From: Cetorhinus maximus
Taxonomy: Eukaryota
Length of the DNA stretch: 64,000 nt
Assembly: GCF_964194155.1 (NCBI RefSeq)
Contig: NC_135891.1
Location: 117,676,001-117,740,000, forward strand
Reading direction: 5' to 3'
The translations under genes were made by a program, and so were the position numbers. Shown here in pieces: positions 13,629 to 25,869 of the stretch. The notes under the pieces were generated by a model. That model did no database searches and was not told where the DNA came from. It saw nothing but the letters and a program-made list of their open reading frames with translations. Within the stretch, counting starts at the first letter, position 1. The number at the start of each line of letters is the position of its first letter.

Positions 13629-13646
13629 TTGTTGGGATATTAACCA
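13629..13646 (-). CDS. MAU2: MAU2 coding exon 2, 18-nt microexon
   Basis: Encodes WLISQQ, exactly the MAU2 residues between ...HLEKA and IPQFED.... Acceptor tctctttcag. Confidence 0.95.
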
Positions 13647-14099
13647 CTGAAAGAGAGAGAAAAAAAATATCAATTAATCACATTTGTTATGCTGAGTTCA
13701 GTTAAATTCATTTTCTAAGAGAACAGGGCTTAACACTGAACCCACTCCATAAATGATTTTATTAACCAACAGAACATTAAACAATCTCTCCTTCTCATGA
13801 ATGAAACTTTACTTTTTAACATGATGTAACCATAGAAAAGTTACGGTGCAGAAAGAGGCCATTCAGCCCATCGTCTCTTTGTTGATTTAAAAACCCAACC
13901 TTGATGCTGCACAATCATTACTTCCTGATTTATCTCCTCTTTTAAACCTCAGTTCTTAGCACCTGTGACTTGGACTTCAGGTTTTTCTTAGCCTTATTGG
14001 TGCTCTGAGCTTCATCTAGGTTTTTAAAAGGATAATGCATACCAGGACAATCACCACCACTGTTTCAACCTGTTCTAAAGCTAGAGATTCTGGATACCC

Positions 14100-15460
14100 C
14101 ACTTTACTCTTCAGGAGAGATGGAAAGGCCTTAAAAAGGAAAATTTCCAGGATATTAGCAGGAATGGGGCACTTCAATTACAAACAGAGGTTGGAAAAGT
14201 TTGAATTATTCTTGTTGGAACACAGAAGGCTAAAATGTAACCTAATCGAAGTTTTCATGATGATGAATTTGGTACACTAGATAAAGATATACCACATCCT
14301 CTGTTGAGTGGGTCAATAACCAGAGGTCAGAGATTTAAAATCGTTGACAAAAGATTCAGAGCAGAGCAGAGTACTCAGTTGTTGGGATGTACTCGAAAAA
14401 GGTGGCAAAATCTGATTCCATCAATAATTTAAAAAGGAAATTGGACAGGCACTTGAGGATTACAGGGTTACAGAAAAAAAATTGAGGATGTGGGATTAAA
14501 GCATGACTGATTGAGGCAGCACAGACATGACAGGCTGAATAGCCTACATACGAACATACAAATTAGGAGGAGTAGGCCACTCGGCCCTTCGAGCTTGCTC
14601 CACCATTCAATGAGATCATGGCTGATCTGATTATAACCTCAACTTCACATTCCTGCCTACCCCTGATAAGCTAGGGGGTGAAAGATTATCAAGAATCTAT
14701 CTACATCTGCCTTAAAAATATTCAAAGATTGTGCTTCCACCGCCTTTTGAGGAACAGAGTTCCAAAGGGTCTCAACCCTCTGACTCACAACCCACAAGCC
14801 TGCTCCTGTTTTGCAAGTTTCAATGATTCCACAGATCCAAGAAACTTGCAGTTCAATATGATAAAAAGTCATTTTAAGCCACAAACTCCTTGAGCAGTAT
14901 TGAGAGGGATGAACATCTCAGAGTAAATATGCTGAATTAGGGTTTGCATTCTACAGTTAAAGCACAGTTTTAACTTTACTGCCACAATGTACAAATATTA
15001 ACAAATCAACGGCTTACAGGAAAATAGCTGTGTGAATTAACACATTTTGGTAGGAGGTACGAGGAGAGACAATATAAAATAGAAGGTACAAGTCTAAAGT
15101 GGGTGCAAAGCAGAGGGATCTGGGGGTATATGTGCGCAAATCATTGAAGGTGCAGTTGTGAAAGTGTTTATTAAAGCATAAAGGATCTGGCTTTATAAAT
15201 AGGTCAGAGAGTACAAATGCAAGGAAGTTATGAAATATGAATAAAACACCAGTTTGACCTCAGCTAGAGTATTGTGTCCACTTCTGAGCATCACATTTTA
15301 TGAAGGATGAGCAGGCATTAGAGATGGTGTAGGAAAGATTCACGAGAGCGTTTGCAAAAAGGCGGGCGAGAGAGACTAAGCGAGTTGCTCTTTTAGAAAG
15401 CCAGCAAAGACATGACGGGCCAAATGATCTCCTGTGCTGTAACTATTTTATGATTCTATG
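14100..15460. mobile_element. Cluster of CR1-type 3' fragments (plus 14100-14545, minus 14545-14785, plus 15030-15460)
   Basis: RLEKFELFLLEHRRLKCNLIEVF and LWNSVPQKAVEAQSLNIFKA motifs, with CR1 tails. Confidence 0.7.
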
Positions 15461-15569
15461 ATAAACAAGTTGAGAAAACCTGCAGTGAACAAACAGTTTC
15501 ACTCTGCCCACAAGCCCTTCAGAATTCCTGGTTCCAACATCAAATCAGGAATACAGCACTGGCACAGAA

Positions 15570-15925
15570 TAAACAACAACTTGCATTTATAGAGCACCTT
15601 TAATGTAGTAAAACATCCCAAGGTGCTTCACAAGAGCATGAAACAAAATTTGACACTGAGCCATACAAGGTGATATTAGGACAAGTGATCAAAAGCTTGA
15701 TCACAGAGTTAAGTTTTAAGGAGTGTCTTAAGGGAAGAGACAGAGGTAGAGAGGCAAAGGATTTTAGAGAGGGAATTCCAGAATTTAGGACTTGGGTAGC
15801 TGAAGGTACGGCCATCAGTCATGGAGTGATTAAAATCGGGAATGTAAAAGAGACTAAAATTGGAAGAGTGCAGAGATTTCAAAAGTTTGTAGGCTTGGAG
15901 GCAGTTATAGAGTTGGAGGAGGATG
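15570..15925 (-). mobile_element. L2-type LINE 3' end
   Basis: Begins caacaacttgcatttatagagcacc. Minus-strand DGRTFSYPSPKFWNSL..SSLKTLLKT matches the 3' end of the L2 at 25870-27375. Confidence 0.7.
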
Positions 15926-18900
15926 TGAAGCCATGGAGTGAATGCTTCAGTCATAATCTAATGGTAGTAACAAGATCATCACTGTGCACTTGTCCAGGAT
16001 TAAAATCCTTGAAAACGGTTCCTGATGTGTTGAGATCTAGGAAATATAATACCTCTTCATTCAAAAATAAAAATAAGGTTTGCTGAAAACATCAGCAGGT
16101 CCACTGAGGTGTAAAGAAATAAAAGGCAGGGTAAAGTTTTGGAGGAGCAGACCTCCAGCTAAAACCGAAGGGCTTAATGCATATTTTCAGCTTCTTCTGT
16201 TTTTAATTCCATATATTTTTAATGACTGTCTTGCAAATTGGTTACCCAATCAGTTAGTTCTAGGCCTAAGCAGCTTTCTCACCCCAAAGTCACTCTGCCG
16301 AACGCTGCAAGAAACTGCTGGCTTCTTTCTCCGGCACCATTTCATCATATAACTGTAATGATTTTTGTCATGTAGGCAAACTAACAGCAATTTCTCACAC
16401 AGTGAGATCACAGCAACGAGGGGAACAATAAACTAACTGGTGCTGGCTGATGGAGGAATCTTGACTAAGATGCTATTTCTTCTTTGTCGCTGGGTCAACA
16501 TATTGGAATTCGCTAACCAGTTGCAGGAGCATCATCAGCACAAAGAACTACAACAATTCAAGGAGAAAGTCACCACCATCTTCCCAAGGCAACAAACGGG
16601 TCTTTCCAGTATCTCACACATATGGAGGGCAAATTAGCTAATAGAAAAAAAAAGTCTGGTCTAGGAACAGCTGGTCTGCAAGGCAGCCACATTTTGCCTG
16701 GAAGGTTGTCTCTCTAAGGGGATCATGAACATGATCATAGAAATTCTAAAAACAGCTAAGGAACAGGCAACACATGGTAGCTATCTATCATCGTAGCAGT
16801 TATGGCACTACAGGACACTGCACCTGCTACAGCTTTAATCCCCAAAAAACTTTGAAAACTCTAATTAATTTGGTACCTATGAAGCAGTATTTCTGTATGC
16901 AAGACAAAGCTTAAACAAAAGTTTTAAAAAGTATATTAACACCCCAGTGTCCGAATTCTGTCTGGATGATATTCTGCCATGTATAATGTGGATAATAATC
17001 ATGTATAATACTCAACGTTAATGTTTAATTGCAGTATGCCATGCAATAACAATTATTTCTCACTTCTGCAGGTGCATGATGCACACAATGCACGTGTGTA
17101 CAGTGATAGCAGACCCATCTTGCACTAGTATCAAAAATGCTGCAGTACATCAACTTAACCAGCGTCATCGCAACATGCAGCAACAGCCAATGAAAGTAAT
17201 ATAAGACTGTGCATTATACAGACTTAACATCACCAAACACTGAAACCACAAGCTGCAAACCGAAAGCAGAGAGTCATATATCACCAATAGAAACTAAACT
17301 CAAATTACAAAATGCTGACAAAATTGTGAAAGGGACTCTGGTCACAACAAAACAGAGGCTCACCATCAAAACACAAGGAAATTAAATGACAAATCTCAGT
17401 GCACCGGCTCAATGAATCAGTGTATTCTGGAATGTAACACTGAGCCAAGTTCAATCCCTGATCGGTGTTGAGATAGCAATCTCAAACAACATCAATGAAG
17501 TATCACAACCAGTCTCACTGCTCCCAGATTAAGGGCGAGGGAAATAGATCAGTCAGGATTCCCCACTCTAGATCGCTTTCTGGGGGAAATACTCGTCCAT
17601 ATAGTTCAACAAGGGAGCTGCTCCCCTATTCTGACCCTAGCCTTGTCAAAAATGCAGTAGCACTCACTGTCCCAGCTCACACACAATGATTGCTTATTTG
17701 GTATTGGAAGGCTGCTGCTGCCATGGAATCATATCATCTTGGCTATATCTAAACATCATTGTTGGTTGAAACAACTGCAACTATCAATAACCTGCCTTAA
17801 GGTAAAATTGTGCATCATCATCATTACCAACCGACCTCAAATTTCCCAACAATACATGAACAATTTCATAAAAGATAGATGGAAATGTAACTCAATCTTA
17901 CGATACAGAGGGTTAAATGTCATTAAAAAAAAAACTGGGAGGAATTTAGCCCTCAGACACCGTAGGCAAAAACAGAGACTTGCTGTTTTGATGTGTTCGT
18001 GAAGCTCCATCACTCTGTGCTATGGACTTCTAGTTCATGCTTTCAATCCTCACAGTAAGTGCCAGCTCAGTTGTGGTCAGTACAGGAGGAGACCTGGTAT
18101 TTCCCCGCATGAAGGGAATAATGGGGGGTCTCCTCACAAATACTCTCACCAAATATGGCAGAGCAATGGGCTGGAGCTGCTGCACCAACCAGCTACTGAC
18201 AGTGGATGGTATTGTGAGCCACAAGAATGCAGAAGGAAAGAAAACGTATAGTTCATCCTTTTACCGTGGGACATTTTTTTCAACCTTCCTTTTAATTCCC
18301 ACTCACACCTCTTCCCAACCATCGCAATCACGCTCCAGAGGCTGGTTCTCTCATATTTTTTCTATTCCTTGTTGAATACTGATTAGCTCTGTGCTCTCAT
18401 TGCTTATCTCTGCTGTGCCTCACATTTTCCACTCAAGACTTTTATCCCTTTCACTGTGCTCTAAAAATGTCAGTTTGGCTCAGTGGTGCCTAACATTGGG
18501 TAAGGGCTAGGAAGTTAATTCACATTACCAGTTTCTGAACAGTAACTGTGGTGAATGTCTGTGGTAATTTCAAAAAGAAAGGTGGGAGGCGCCGGGATGT
18601 AAATGGTGTTTTGGTGAAGCACCAGAAAACAATACTTTTATTTCTATAATGCTTTCTCACTCAAATGTTTTAAAATGCTTCATTGTGTTAATTTGTTTGA
18701 AGTGTGGGAACGTTGTGTAGGCGAATACAAGTTATTTTGTGGAGTCGTGGGATCAATGTCCAGTTAATCTGCTTTTGGGTTTGACTGAGAGCAAAACGTT
18801 GGGCAGGAGGTAGGGAAATCCTTCTTCGAAAGGTGCTTTCGGATCTGAAACACGGACAATACCTTGTTTTAACATCTCATTCAGAACAAAGCAATCAACT

Positions 18901-20274
18901 GTCTCAGCCGAATTGTGCCCATGTGTGATATACTTAATTGGAGCTTTCTTAGGATGTTAGCCACTGTGTCACTGCAAGTTCTTTCTAATCTTCGGGGTCA
19001 GATTAGTTTGGAATAAAGAGTAAAAATGCCCATTCTTGTTCTGCTGGCACCTAGACATACTATGCTGGATTCTCTCATTATGCTTGACTTAGTTTGTGTC
19101 AATTGACAGCAAAGTGATACATTTGCCCAAGGAATAAGTGACAATTGTATCACTGTAATTTTAGCCTGTGATTTTAATCTCTGAATGAGGCACTGTGGGG
19201 ATCAGAAGTACAGAGAACAGCAGGGACCATTCATGTATTTAACACTACTTGGAAATAAGAGGATGGCTTCATATCCCATGCATAGAACCATAATAAAATC
19301 TAATTGATTAATTTATATACATTTTGAACCAAGCTTTTTCTATTAATTGGTCTTTATTTTAAGTCCTGCACTGACTGTGTAGAAACATAAACTTGTAACT
19401 AGATAAGTAGCAAACTTTTCAAAAATGATCAAGGATTAAATACCAACCGTATGGAGGAAGAACACGTTGTGACATTCAGAATCTATTTTCTGTTCAAGAC
19501 ACTCATCAGGACAATAATAGAACATGCTCCACTTTCCTGGATGAGTGCCACTCCAAGAACATTCAAAAATCTTGACACCATCCAGGACAAGGCAGCTGCT
19601 TGATCATCCACCACCTGAAACGTTCATTCCCTTCGCCACCTGTGAACCATCTACAAGATGCACTGCAGCAACTTGCCAAGCTACTTCACCAACACCTCCC
19701 AAACCTCTGACGTAGAAGAACAAGGGCAGCTGGCGCATGGCACAGCCACCTTCTGCAAGTTCCCCTCCAAGTAACACACCATTCTGACTTGGAAATATAT
19801 CACAAGGTCAAAATCCTAGAGTTCCCAATCTAACAGTACTGGGGAGCACCTTCACCAAATGGACTGCAGCAGTTCAAAAAGGCAGCTCACTACCATCCTC
19901 CCAAAGGCAACTGGGGATGGGCAATAAATCTGACCTTGCCAGCAAAGCCCACACCCCGTGAATAAGTAAATAAAGCAAAAATAAATTTTAAAAATCCTAG
20001 GAGAATGTAATAGGATTAGTCTAACTTACTGAGTGTCATCAGCCATTTCTGGTTCACAGCAGTTAACTCGTTTACTTCCTGGTTCTCACTCTCGCTGTTC
20101 CCTGTCTCATTTTGTTTGCCCCGCTGCAATAAATACGTCACATAATCTATTCCTGCAATCTCCACTTATATGCTATCCTTTCTGTGCAGGTTAGTCTGGT
20201 TACTCTTTCAATTTGGCGTGATGGGCTGAATGGCTTCTTCCTGTGTTATTAAGATTCTATGATTCTGTTCTCTG

Positions 20275-20565
20275 GGAGGTCTCGTGGCGCAGCCGTAGCG
20301 TCTAGGCCAGAAACTCCAGGTTCAAGACCCAATTCAGGGCATGATGGCCATGGAAGGTGCATTCATAATGTGGCCAAACAGGTTAATCATCATCCTGTAA
20401 ACCCTTCCAATATGCCTGACGGTGGATGATAAGAGCGGGAGTGTGTCCTGGTCAGCCATACTGCAGAAGACAAGGGCAAACCACTGAAGTACTTTACTAA
20501 GCATAATCATGGACCAATTGTGGTTGCCAATGCCCTCTTAGGCATGGTACCTGGAGGAGGAGGAT
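20275..20565 (+). mobile_element. tRNA-derived SINE with RTE-like 3' tail
   Basis: A box tggcgcagccgt, B box ggttcaagacc. Tail ggcaaaccactgaagtacttt...aatcatggac ends in (gga)n. Confidence 0.6.
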
Positions 20566-21540
20566 TCAGTTCTCTAACTCTGACTGCATGGTCACGCACA
20601 GATTAAAAGCAGTTGAGTGCATGGACAATATCAAAGAGATAGCAACATTACAGAATTGCTTTAAGCATTCAAAAACAGACACAAACGCATCTAAACACAC
20701 AGAACTCTGTTTAACATTAAAAAAACATCAAGATAGATCAAATTTTTAAACAAATTCTCACCCCCATAAGTTAAGACTTGATGGGCTTTAGTCGCAGAAG
20801 GATGTAAATCTGACCTGCATCATCTCACATCAATTCTACCCTTTTCAGCATTGAACATATACTGCAGCAGTATAAAAATAACCTGGAAGGGGTAAAACCA
20901 AGCTGAAGTTTCAGGGATAAGATGTCCCAAATTGAACCAGAATGCTAATCTCTCTTTATGGATGATGATAGGATTTTTTAAAAAGCCACCAGAATTTACT
21001 GTATATACAGTTTTCCTTTTGATCTCTGTTGACGCAATTATTTCAGCATCCTGATCAGCATTCACACCTCCAGCAATATCACCAAATACAAATTAACAGA
21101 TCATTGGTCACATTGCTGTTTTTGTGATCTTGCTGCCTTTGTCTCCAGAATAACAGTGAATGCACTTTGATGACAGACTTTTGCACATGCTACTTGATCT
21201 GCTGTGCCTTCTCTGCATTTTATCTGCTTCCACTCCACCACCATCCCTTTTTAACTGTTATATCCATTATAATATGATCTTTTATGCTGGGACCTTCTTT
21301 TGTCAGAGGTCTCATGAACTTTGTTTGAGGGGAAATCAATCCCCCTCCCACTGCCTTGCTGCTATTGCCCTGGGGATGCCCACCCAGTGGGTACAGGAGG
21401 GGATTGTTTCAATCAGATTGTGGGGATTGTTTATCTCCCTCCCTCAGCCTCTGGCTCCTATTGTGAAGCTTTCCCACCTCCTCTTCCCCAGCTCAGAGTG
21501 CCGCCCAGACTCCCCCCCGCCCAGGGGTTACCCAGCTCAC

Positions 21541-21846
21541 CGCCTTTTCCAGATGCGAGCGGGCCTGCTCGGTGTTCTTGGTGTGGTGGTAGAGGACACT
21601 GCCGAGCTGGAGATGGGTGCGGGCCTCGATGCGCTGCGACGGCTTGAACTGGAAGACGGCCTGCAGGCAGTGCACACACAGCTTGATCTTGGGCGGGCTG
21701 GCCGTGCGGAAGTTCTCGGCGAAGCCCAGCAGCGCCAAGTACCAGGCGTCCGTGTACTGGGGCGGCTGCTGGGGCGGCTGAGGCTGGGACTGCGCTTGGG
21801 GCTGCGGCTGCTGCTGCTGAGGGCCGCTAGCGCCAACTGCCGCCAT
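21541..21846 (-). CDS. MAU2: MAU2 (cohesin loader subunit, SCC4) coding exon 1
   Basis: Encodes [12 protein letters not shown]...[68 protein letters not shown]. Donor GTGAGC. An in-frame upstream ATG exists at 21870. Confidence 0.97.
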
Positions 21847-22030
21847 CTTACCCGCATCCGCCACAAACATCGCGAGAAGCTGCGAGCCCGGCCCGAGAAC
21901 TGGGGCGGGGCCTGGAGCAAGGGGCGGGGAGAGGGCGTAACCTGTTGACGGGTCGTGATCTCAGCGTGAGGGGAGGAGCGGAGGAGGCGCGGCCTGCGGG
22001 GGGGACGTCGTCCACTCGTAAGGAGCCAGT

Positions 22031-22200
22031 TAGAGGGGGCGTGGCTTGGTAGAGGGCTGGGACCTATCTGAGGGGGCGTAGCCTAGTGTAGGGGGCAGCC
22101 TGGAGAAAAGGGCGGGACCTAGAGGAAGGGGCGGGGCCTGGAGGAGGGGGGCGAGGCCTGGGGATGGGGCGGGACCTGGGGAATGGGGCGTGGCTTGAGG
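22031..22200. repeat. Degenerate tandem array of about 19-bp units (about 9), each centred on a GC box
   Basis: Units such as aggggcggggcctggagga, gggggcgaggcctgggga, tggggcgggacctggggaa and tggggcgtggcttgagg. Confidence 0.75.
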
Positions 22201-22364
22201 ACACAGCAGCTGCTGCTATTAAAAACCCAGAGTGACACAGAAGTCCCAACACTGGCCTTGCCATTTTCAACACATCCCAGCAACAAATAAAATAGCTATT
22301 TACTCGGAGTAGTACATCACAATTGGACTAACCACAACTGTCGTTACATGAACAGGCTCCTACG

Positions 22365-22530
22365 AAGTTTATTCTTTTTCTATTTGGTCCAATAATTCAT
22401 ATTCAGTTTACAATCTACTGCATTTCATTTAATGCAGTATTTGCTTTAGCCCATTATGGGAATCAGCAACCATTTTAATATGTAGATAAATAAATACAAA
22501 TTTCAAACAAAATGCTCATTCAGTTGTTGG
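22365..22530 (+). repeat. Left arm of an AT-rich inverted repeat (partner 24033-24207)
   Basis: aagtttattc..tatttggtccaataattcat..tgcatttcatttaatgcagtattt..ttatgggaatcagcaaccatttta..cagttgttgg is the diverged reverse complement of 24033-24207. Confidence 0.9.
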
Positions 22531-22539
22531 GAATTCTGT

Positions 22540-23110
22540 GGCAAGTAGTTCACCTCCTAACTCCCCAAAACCTGTCCACCATCTACAATGCACACTCAGG
22601 AGTGTGATGGAATGCTTGCCACTTGCCTGGATGTGTGCAGCTCCAATACAAGAAACTCAACACCACCCAGGAGAAAGCAGCCCACTTGATTGGCACCTCA
22701 TCCACCACCTTCAACATTCACTCTCTCCAATACTGTTGCACAGTCACAGCAGTGTGCACCATATACAAGATTCACTGCACCAACATGCGAAGCCTCCTTT
22801 GACAGCACCTTCCAAACTATCGACGTCTATTACCTAGCAGAACAAGGGCAGCAGATGCATGGGAACACCACCACCTACAAGTTCCCCACCAAGTCATCCC
22901 ATCCTGACTTGGAAATATATTGCTGTTCCTTCACTGTTGCTGAGTCAAAATTATGGAACTCTCTTCCTAACAGCACTGTGGGTATACCTACACCACATGG
23001 ACTGCAGCGATTCAAGAAGGTGGCTCACCACCACCTTCTCAAGGGCAACTAGGTATGGGCAATAAATGCTGGCCTTGCCAGTGTTACTCATATTCCCTAA
23101 ACAAATTAAA
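22540..23110 (+). mobile_element. LINE 3' fragment, family B (CR1/L2 superfamily)
   Basis: SKLWNSLPNSTVGIPTPHGLQRFKKVAHHHLLKGN*. Same family at about 13040-13260, 19520-19965, 33305-33760, 38335-39255, 45365-45965 and 56290-56655. Confidence 0.8.
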
Positions 23111-23154
23111 AAATGAAACAGCATTGCATGCTCAACCATGGTGTACAGGGCTGA

Positions 23155-24025
23155 ATTTTAAAATTTGCAGATGAAACAAAACTTGGAAATGTTGTGAACT
23201 ATGAGGACAATAGTGCAGAACTTCAAAAGAACATGGCAAGTAGGTGGAATGGATGACAAATGACAGATGAAGTTCAATGCGGAGAAGTGTGAAGTGATTC
23301 ATTTTGGTAGTAAGAACACAGAAAGACAATATAAAATAAAGTTTACAATTCTAAAAGGGGTGAAGGGGCAGAGGGACGTGGGTGTATATGTGCATAAATC
23401 ATTGAAGGAGGCAGGACAGGTTGAGAGCACAGTTCATAAAGCATACAGTGTCCTAGGCTTTCATTAAAGGGGGCATAGGGTACAAGAGCAAGGAATATTG
23501 CATCCAATTCTGGGCACCACTCTTTAGGAAAGGTGTGAAGGCATTGGAGAGAGCACAGAAAAGGTTCACAAGAATGGCTCTCAGGATGAAGAACTTCAGC
23601 TATGTAGATAGATTGGAGAAGTTAGAATTGTTTTCCTTGTAGAAGAGAAGGTTAAGAGTGGATTTGATCGAGGTAATTAAAATCATGAAGGGTCCAGATA
23701 GAGTAGATGGGGAGAAGCTATGGTGGAAGGATCAAGAATGAGAGGGCACAGATTTAAGGTAATTGGCAAAAGAAGCATTGAAGAAATAAGGAGAAACATT
23801 TTCATGCAGCAAGTGGTTAAGATCTAGAATACACTATACGAGTGTGCGGTGGAGGCAGGTTCAATTGAGGCATTCAAAAGAGAATTGGATTATTATCTGA
23901 AAAAGATGAATGTGCAGGGCTAAGGGAGAAGGCGGAGGAATGGCACTAGGTGAATTGCTCATTTGGAGAGCTAGTGCAGATACGATGGGCCGAATGGCCT
24001 CCTTTGTGCTGTAACAATCTTGTGA
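23155..24025 (+). mobile_element. CR1-type LINE 3' fragment
   Basis: KFADETKLG and MKFNAEKCEVIHFGSKN motifs, followed by the CR1 tail gatgggccgaatggcctcct. Confidence 0.85.
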
Positions 24026-24032
24026 TATCAGT

Positions 24033-24207
24033 CCAACAACTAAACTACCACCTTATTAAAAATTTGCATTTATTTCTGTATATAAACTAAAATGGTTGCT
24101 GGTTCCCATAACAGACTTAAGCAAAAACAAATACTGCGTTAAATGAAATGCAATAGTTTGTAAACGGAACATGAATCATTGGGCCAAATAAAAACAGGAA
24201 TAAACTT
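24033..24207 (-). repeat. Right arm of the inverted repeat (partner 22365-22530)
   Basis: ccaacaacta..aatggttgctggttcccataa..aatactgcgttaaatgaaatgca..catgaatcattgggccaaata..gaataaactt. Confidence 0.9.
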
Positions 24208-24259
24208 GGGGCGACTCCGCTTTAAGAGCGAGCTGGTAACCGATTGACAGCTTGTTGGC

Positions 24260-24446
<187 letters not shown>

Positions 24447-24479
24447 TAACTGTTAAATCAGCCTGACTTTGTCATGACA

Positions 24480-25780
24480 AATGGGGAAAATGTAGAGAAC
24501 AGAGGGACCTTTGATTGAATGCCCACAGATCCCTAAAGGTGCAGGACAGGGAGATCAGGATGATTAAAAAGGCATACAGAATACTTACCTTTATAGGTTG
24601 AGACCTGGAGTACAGTATAAGAGCAGGGAGGTTATGCTATGATATCTTCTAATACTACTGCTTTTTTTTTTAATGTGCACCTCAGTCTGAGGCTCTCCTT
24701 ATTTGAAAAAGGATATAATTGTGTTAGAAGCAGCGCCAGGAAGGTTTGCTCAATTCATTCCAGTGATGAAGGGTTTTGTCTTATGAAGAAAGGTTAAACA
24801 GGTTGGGCCTATTGAGCCATTGGAGTTGAGAAGAATGAAACATATAAGATCCTGAGGGGACTTGATAGGGTGGACATGGGGAGGGTGTTTCCTCTCTTAT
24901 GGAGAGACTAGAACTAGGGGACATGGTTTAAAAAAAGAGGTCTCACCTTCAAGATGGAGATGACAATTTTTTTTTCTCTGAGGGTCATTAGTATGTGGAA
25001 TTTTCTTATCCAGAAAGCAATGGAGGCAGGGTCATTGAATTTATTCAAGGCTGAGTTAGATAGAACTTTTGATAGACAATGGAGTCAGGATTATGAGTGT
25101 TGGGGGGCGGACAGGAAGGTGAAGTTGAGTCCACAATCGGGTCAGCCATGATCTTATTGAATGGTGGAACAGACTTGAATGGCCTACTCCTGCTTCTAAG
25201 TCATATGTTTGATACGTATAGGCATAAAGTAGTCTTGTTTCAATTGTACAGGGCTTTGGTGAGACCACCTCTGTGTATAGTTTTGCTCTCCATTTTTAAG
25301 GAGGCAATACAGTGAAGGTACACTAAATTGGTCCCTGGGATTGAGGTGTTGCCCTATGATGAGAGACTGAGTAAATTGGGCCTATGTTCTCTGGAGTTTT
25401 GAAAAATGAAAGGTGAAATCATTGAAACATACAAGATTCTGAAGGAGGGCTTGATAGTGTAGACACAGATTGTTTCAGGGAATCTAAAATACGGTGGCAC
25501 AGTTTCAGGATAAGGAGTTGATCTTTTAGGACTGATCAGTGGAAATTTCTTCACTCAAAGGGTTGTGAATCTTTGGAATTCAACACCCCAGAGAATTGTG
25601 AATGCTCCATCATTGAATACATTTAAGGCTGGGATAGACAGATTTTCGGTGTCTCGGAATTGAGGGATATGGGTAGCAGGTGGGAAAGTGGATTTGAAGC
25701 CCAAGATCGGGCACAATCCTATTGAATGGCAGAGCTGGCTCAGTGGGCTGCATGGACTGCTTCGCCTCCTATTTCTTGCG
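24480..25780 (+). mobile_element. Mosaic of CR1-type 3' fragments
   Basis: Two successive degenerate CR1 C-terminal and tail segments (FFSLRVISMWNFL, cactcaaagggttgtgaatctttggaattc). Confidence 0.7.
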
Positions 25781-25869
25781 TTCTTGTGTGTTCTTTGCCC
25801 TAGCCCTGAATTCACATCTTTCTCTAATTTATTTCCCGTTTTGCCTCTTTGCTCTCTCTGACCTCATCT

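Larger units (their letters stand above)
21500..22200 (-). promoter_or_regulatory. MAU2 CpG-rich promoter with many GC boxes
   Basis: CpG-dense with repeated GGGGCGGGG/GGGGCGTGG boxes. BANP-like TCTCGCGATG at 21877-21868, gacgtc near 22004, YY1 motif AAGATGGCGGC over the start codon. Confidence 0.85.

Noticed and set aside
20275-20340. tRNA gene (likewise at about 51470 and 6000)
   Set aside because: A/B boxes are present but there is no full cloverleaf, and each continues into a SINE body and tail.
21160-21948. 262-aa plus-strand ORF and other overlapping ORFs
   Set aside because: Antisense or alternate-frame shadows of GC-rich MAU2 exon 1; no independent protein features.
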